DNA of 64,000 bases. It comes from Myxococcales bacterium. Lineage in GTDB: Bacteria; Myxococcota_A; Bradymonadia; UBA7976; UBA1532. Position 1 is the first letter of the stretch. The number at the start of each line of letters is the position of its first letter. This document shows positions 58,791 to 64,000 of the stretch, piece by piece. Made by a program: the position numbers and the translations under genes. The DNA lies in NCBI GenBank assembly GCA_020633435.1, contig JACKDP010000001.1:1353001-1417000 (forward strand), in the 5' to 3' direction. Below the pieces are notes generated by a model. That model did no database searches. It was not told where the DNA came from and saw only the letters and a list, made by a program, of their open reading frames with translations.

Positions 58791-61253
58791 ATGTCCCGAC
58801 CCGCCCGACCGTCCACCATCGACATCCTCGACCAGATGGCCGTGGACTTCATCCGCCGGGATCTGGCGGCGCACTACACCGATGACACCGCGCTCGATGG
58901 CCGCATCATCTCGCTGCACGGCCGGGAGCTGGTGAACTTCGGCTCGTGCAGCTACATGGGCTTCGAGGCCCACCCGGCCCTGGCGCGCGGCGCGGCGGAG
59001 GCGGCCGCGAAGTACGGCACCCAGTTCTCCTCGTCGCGGGCCTTCGTGTCGCTGGGTCTGTACGCCCCCCTCGAAGAGATGCTGGGGCAGATCTTCCACA
59101 AGCCGCTGCTGGTGTCGGCGTCGACGACGCTCGGGCACATGGCGGCGCTGCCCGTGCTGGTGCGCGACGAGGACGCCGTCATCCTCGATCTGCAGGTGCA
59201 CCACAGCGTGCAGACCGCCGCGCAGCTCCTCAAGGCGCGGGGCGTGCCGCTGCACATCATCCGCCACAACGACATGGATCAGCTCGAGGCGAAGATCCGC
59301 CACCTGCAGAACCGGCACCGCCGCATCTGGTACATGGCCGACGGGGTCTACTCCATGTTCGGCGACGTGGCCCCGATGGACCGCCTCACCGATTTGATGA
59401 ATCGTTACGAGGGGTTCTACACCTACATCGATGACGCCCATGGCATGAGCTGGGCGGGCGAGAAGGGCTGCGGGGTCGTGCGCAGCAGCGGCCCGCACCA
59501 CGACAAGCTCGTGCTCATCGTCTCGCTGAACAAGGCCTTCGCGTCGGCCGGCGGCTGCATCGTCTTCCCCAACGAAGAGATGCGGAACCTCGTGCGCAAC
59601 ACGGGCGGCACGATGATCTTCTGCGGCCCCATCCAGCCGCCCATGCTCGGGGCGGCGCTGGCCTCGGCGCAGCTGCACCTCAGCCCCGAGATGCCGGCCA
59701 TGCAGGCCCAGCTCCTCGATCTGGTGGATCACTGCAACCAGCGCCTCGACGAGCTCGGCCTGCCCCAGTACCAGGTGACCCGCAGCCCGCTCTTCTTCAT
59801 CCCGACGGGCCTGCCGCGCATCGTCGGCAACCTGGTGCACCGCATCCTCGATGACGGCTTCTACGTGAACATGGCGACGTTCCCGGCCACCCCCATGCGC
59901 CAGGGGGGCCTGCGCTTCATGATCAACCGCAACGTCACCAAGGACGACATCGACGCCCTGCTCGACCGGGTGGCCCACCACTACCCGCTGGCCCTGGCCG
60001 AGGAGGGCAGCTCGCCGCGGGCGGTGGCGCAGGCCTTCAAGCTCGACGACGCCGAGGTGCACACCCTCGTCCTCACCGAGGAGGACCGCGGCGACGTCCC
60101 GGCGGCGCCGACGCTGCAGGTGGAGCGCTTCGGCAGCATCGACGACATCGACGCGGCGCTCTGGGACTCGCTCTTCGCGGGCCGCGGCAACTTCAGCCAC
60201 GCCGGGCTGCAGCTCCTGGAGCAGGTCTTCACCCAGGGCGAGCTGCCCGAGGATCAGTGGGCGTTCGACTATGTGTTCGTGCGCGACGCCGCCGGCGCCC
60301 TCGTCCTGGCCACGTTCTTCACCACCGCGCTCGTGAAGGACGACATGGCCTCCGAGGGGCGAATCTCCATGCAGATCGAGAAGATGCGGGAGAGCGACCC
60401 CTACCTGCTGACGTCAAAGGCGGTGATGCTGGGCTGCCTCATCTCGAAGGGCGAGCACCTGTACCTCGACCGGGATCACGGCGAGTGGAAGTCGGCCGTC
60501 GACGCGCTGCTGGTCGAGATGGGCAAGGTGCGCGAGGCCGCCGGGGCCAACCAGCTCATCCTGCGCGAGTTCTACGCCGACGCCGACGAGCCGCTGCGCC
60601 AGCACATGCTCGACCAGGGCTTCGTGGAGCTGCCGCTGGGCAACAGCCTGCAAGTGCGCGACCTCACCTGGCCCGACCACGAGACGTGGCTGGCGAGCCT
60701 GGGCAGCAAGTACCGCCACAACGTCCGCAAGGAGATCCTGGCGTTCGAGGATCAGTTCGAGATCAGCTTCGACGACCCCTGGACGGACCAGGAGATCGCC
60801 GACTGCTATGCGCTGTATGAGCAGGTCTTCGAGCGCAGCTTCGATCTCAACGTGTTCAAGCTGCCCCTGAGCTTCTTCGCGGCCATGTGCGCCCACCCCG
60901 ACTACGAGGTGATGCGGCTGTACCTGCTCGATGATCCGCGGCCACCGTTCGAGCGCACCCCCGTGGCGGTGATGTTCAGCTTCGTGGGCAACGGCATCTA
61001 CTCGGCGCTCATCATCGGGCTCGACTCGACGTTCCAGCGCAGCCACAACACCTACAAGCAGGCCCTCTACCAGACGGTGCAGCGCGCCCGGCAGGTGGGG
61101 GCGAACGTCCTGGATCTGGCCTACACGGCCGAGCTCGAGAAGAAGAAGGTGGGCGCCCGGCCCTACCCCACGTCGGCCTTCGTGCAGACCGAGGACTTCT
61201 ACAACCACACGATCATCGAGTCCATGACGCTCGAGGGGAGCTACCCGTCGTGA
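58791..61253 (+). CDS. alpha-oxoamine synthase (class II PLP aminotransferase, BioF/SPT-like) fused to a C-terminal FemAB/GNAT-like acyltransferase domain
   Basis: N-terminal ~400 aa: GSCSYMGFEAHPAL...SLNKAFASAGG (PLP-Lys in the SLNKA region). C-terminal ~400 aa has no PLP motifs, consistent with a BioF2-like acyltransferase fold. Confidence 0.7.
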   Translation: MSRPARPSTIDILDQMAVDFIRRDLAAHYTDDTALDGRIISLHGRELVNFGSCSYMGFEAHPALARGAAEAAAKYGTQFSSSRAFVSLGLYAPLEEMLGQIFHKPLLVSASTTLGHMAALPVLVRDEDAVILDLQVHHSVQTAAQLLKARGVPLHIIRHNDMDQLEAKIRHLQNRHRRIWYMADGVYSMFGDVAPMDRLTDLMNRYEGFYTYIDDAHGMSWAGEKGCGVVRSSGPHHDKLVLIVSLNKAFASAGGCIVFPNEEMRNLVRNTGGTMIFCGPIQPPMLGAALASAQLHLSPEMPAMQAQLLDLVDHCNQRLDELGLPQYQVTRSPLFFIPTGLPRIVGNLVHRILDDGFYVNMATFPATPMRQGGLRFMINRNVTKDDIDALLDRVAHHYPLALAEEGSSPRAVAQAFKLDDAEVHTLVLTEEDRGDVPAAPTLQVERFGSIDDIDAALWDSLFAGRGNFSHAGLQLLEQVFTQGELPEDQWAFDYVFVRDAAGALVLATFFTTALVKDDMASEGRISMQIEKMRESDPYLLTSKAVMLGCLISKGEHLYLDRDHGEWKSAVDALLVEMGKVREAAGANQLILREFYADADEPLRQHMLDQGFVELPLGNSLQVRDLTWPDHETWLASLGSKYRHNVRKEILAFEDQFEISFDDPWTDQEIADCYALYEQVFERSFDLNVFKLPLSFFAAMCAHPDYEVMRLYLLDDPRPPFERTPVAVMFSFVGNGIYSALIIGLDSTFQRSHNTYKQALYQTVQRARQVGANVLDLAYTAELEKKKVGARPYPTSAFVQTEDFYNHTIIESMTLEGSYPS

Positions 61254-64000
61254 ACGCCCCGCAGAACCTCGTGGACGCCGTGCGCGCCGCGGCCCGGCAC
61301 CGCCCCGACAAGCGCGCCCTGACCTACCTCGAAGACGGGGAGCGCGAGACGGGCAGCCTGACCTATGGCGAGCTGGATCGCGCGGCCCGGGCGCTGGGCG
61401 CCCGCCTGCAGGCCGAGGGCCTCGCCGGCCAGCGCGTGCTGCTCATCTTCGAGCCGGGGCTCGACTTCGCCCAGGCGTTCCTGGGGAGCCTCTACGCGGG
61501 CGCCGTCCCCATCCCCGCCTACCCCCCCGAGCCCCATCGGCTGACCCACACGATGGCGCGGCTCGAGGCCATCATCGCCGACGCCCAGGCGACCGCCGTC
61601 ATCACGTCGAAGCTCGTCCAGGGCTTCGCCGGCGCCATCGTGGGCCAGCGGGCCGACAGCGCCCTGGCGCGCCTGAAGTGGCTGTCGATGGCGGACGCCA
61701 CCGCCTTCGGCCCCGACGACTGGGCCGCCCGCAGCCCCGCGCCGACGGATCTGGCCTTCCTGCAGTACACCTCGGGCTCCACCTCATCGCCCAAGGGGGT
61801 GATGATCACCCACGGCAGCCTCTGGGCGAACATCGCCATGTTCCAGGACGCCTACGGCTCGTCGCCGGACTCGGTGCTGGTGAGCTGGCTGCCGCTCTAC
61901 CACGACATGGGCCTCATCGGGACGCTGCTGCACCCCCTCGCCCTGGGGGCCGAGGGCTGGCTCATGCCGCCCTACACGTTCCTCAAGAAGCCCGGCCGCT
62001 GGCTGCAGCTCATGGCGCGGGTGAGGGGCACCATCTCGGCGGCCCCCAACTTCGCCTTCGAGCTGGCGGCCCGGAAGATGACCGACGAGGAGCGCGCCGC
62101 CCTCGATCTGAGCGCCGTCCGGGCCCTCGCCAACGGGGCCGAGCCCGTCCGCCACGAGACCATCGAACGCTTCCTGCGCGCCTTCGCGCCCGCGGGCCTG
62201 CGCCCCGACGCCGTCGCCCCCTCCTACGGCATGGCCGAGGTGGGCCTGATCATCTCGAGCCCCACCGTCGAGCGGCGCACGGCGTCGACGCCCATCTCTC
62301 GCGCGGCCCTCGCCCGCCACCGCATCGAGGCCCCGACGGATCCCGATGACACCCTCCACAGCGTGAGCTGCGGTGTGCCCTGGGGCGGCAGCACCATCGA
62401 GATCGTGCACCCCGAGAGCCACCGCCGCGCCGGCCCCGGCGAGGTGGGCGAGATCTGGGTGACCGGCGGGCACGTGGCCGCTGGCTACTGGGGCCGCGAC
62501 GCCCAGACGGCCGAGGCCTTCCAGGCCCGCATCGCGGGCGATGAGGCGGCCGGCCCGTTCCTGCGCACCGGCGATCTGGGCTTCGTCGTCGACGGCGAGG
62601 TGCACGTCACCGGCCGCCGCAAGGACCTGCTCATCATCCGCGGCCGCAACCTGTACCCGCAGGATCTCGAGCTGACGATGGATGGCGTGCGCGCCGACCA
62701 CCCCGAAATCCGCCCCGGCTGCGCGGCGGCCATCTCCGTCGACCAGGACGGGGAGGAACGCCTCGTTCTCATTCAGGAAATCGACCCGAAGCAGAACCCG
62801 GCCCACGACGCCGCGGCGGTCATGTCGGCCCTGCGGGACGCCGTCCTGCGCGACCACGAGGTGCGCGCAGAGAGCGTGGTGCTGCTGGCCAAGGGCACGC
62901 TCCCGAAGACGTCGAGCGGCAAGGTGATGCGCTTCGCGTGCAAGCGCGCCTTCCTCAGCGGCTTCGAGTCGGGGGGGCTGAAGGTCCTGGCCCGGGACGA
63001 CCGCGCCGAGGAGCGCCCGGCCGTGGATCGGGCGGCCAGCGCGGCCGCCGCCGAGGCCGCCCTGGCCTGGCTGCGCGGCTACGCGGCGCGCCACCAGGAG
63101 GCCGCCGACGGGAGCCTGCCCGCCCACGTCGTGCTCGCCCTGGGCAACCAGGGCCTCCTGGGGCTGCAGGTCCCGCGCGATCAGGGCGGGCTGGGCCTGA
63201 CCCACGCCGACGCCGCCCGGGTGCTGCAGCAGGCCGGCGCCATCGACCTGGGGCTGGCCCGCCTGCTCCAGGCCCAGAACGGCCTGGGCATCGCGCCCCT
63301 GCTGCGCCACGGCAGCGAGGCCCAGCGCGACGCGCTGCTGCCGGCCCTCGCCCGCGGCCGCGCCCTGGCCACCCTCGCCCTGGGCGAGGCCGGGGGGACG
63401 CACGACGCCGCCCTGCAGGCGCGCCTCGCCGATGGCCAGCTCCAGGGCGAGAAGGTCGGGGTGCCCCTCGCCCCGGCGGCGACCTGGATCCACGCCATCG
63501 TGCGCGACGGCCAGGGCTTCTCGGCCGTGATCGTGCCCACCGAGGCCGCCCGCGTGACGGCGGGCACGGCCTCCCTGGGGGCCCGCAGCGTGGCCACCGG
63601 CACCGTCCACCTGGACGGGGTGGCCAGCGGGGCCGATGACGTGCTCGGCGCGCCCGGCGCGGGCCAGGCCGTGGCCGCCGACGCGCTGGGCGTCGCCCGG
63701 CTCTTCCTGGCGGCGGCGTCCCTGGGCGCCAGCCAGCGCGCCCTGCAGCTCATGCTGCGGTTCGCCGGCCGCCGCGCCATCGACGGGGGCTGGCTGCTCG
63801 ATCACCCCGTCACCCTGGAGGGCATGCACCAGTCGGTGCACGACGCCACCGCCCTCGAGGCCCTGGTGGGCGTCGTCGCCGCGCGGCTCGACGCGGGCGA
63901 GCCGGTGCCGGCCGAGGTGCTGGCGGCGGTGAAGGTGGCGGGGGCGGAGGCCGCGTGGCAGGCCGCCGACCGCCTGGTGCAGATCCTGGGCGGCCGCGGG
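61249..64000 (+). CDS. fatty acyl-AMP ligase (FAAL) fused to an acyl-CoA-dehydrogenase-like domain (partial; continues beyond the window)
   Basis: GTG start overlaps the upstream TGA (GTGA). Adenylation core LQYTSGSTSSPKGVMITHGSL, YGMAEVG, GDLGFVVDGEVHVTGRRKDLLIIRGRNLYPQDLE. From ~62.95 kb an ACAD-like domain (...LGNQGLLGLQVPRDQGGLGL...). Confidence 0.75.

Overview
This is a very GC-rich chromosomal window (qualitatively about 70% GC, with strong GC3 bias). Gene content is consistent with a myxobacterium-like genome (Myxococcota; this is inference, not a database match). Evidence: many lipoproteins, giant Cys-rich repeat adhesin-like proteins, an Ala-rich TonB paralog, and FAAL / alpha-oxoamine-synthase lipid genes. 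About 50 genes on both strands are supportable.

Landmarks:
(1) Two secreted Cys-rich tandem-repeat lipoproteins: a 604-aa protein at 1.1-2.9 kb and a roughly 10-kb, roughly 3,300-aa giant gene at 28.7-38.7 kb. The giant gene encodes about 55 six-Cys ~38-aa repeats followed by IPT, FG-GAP, RTX-like and cadherin-like domains, and its reading frame is broken by five small indels in G/C homopolymers.
(2) A Y1 (IS200-like / RAYT-like) transposase-like gene flanked by tandem 72-bp repeats.
(3) An operon of two tandem paralogous Ser/Glu-rich lipoproteins plus a Gly-zipper protein.
(4) A frameshifted TonB-like gene with an (AAADK)n repeat.
(5) A tRNA-Asn(GTT) gene with its own promoter-like element and a strong terminator hairpin.
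(6) Immediately downstream of tRNA-Asn, a noticeably lower-GC island at about 12-22 kb. It carries a translationally coupled 5-gene operon (arylamine N-acetyltransferase homolog; AsnB-type amidotransferase; GTP cyclohydrolase II-NADAR/YbiA fusion; hypothetical; 1,162-aa GT2-kinase-like-GT protein), divergent from a cytochrome P450, with an SDR. This is the best candidate for an undescribed small-molecule pathway.
(7) A B12-binding radical SAM + thymidylate-kinase-like gene pair.
(8) An ABC-2 transporter operon headed by a stand-alone phage-tail-tube-like gene.
(9) An oxidative-stress and regulatory block: ArsR-AHSA1, OxyR-like LysR divergent from katG, and a CsoR/RcnR-like repressor with a candidate operator palindrome.
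(10) At the window edge, an alpha-oxoamine synthase-acyltransferase fusion followed by a FAAL-acyl-CoA-dehydrogenase-like fusion, next to a cNMP-binding histidine kinase (a lipid or N-acyl biosynthesis module).

Many long Arg/Pro/Ala-rich ORFs in the six-frame track are high-GC shadow frames and were rejected.
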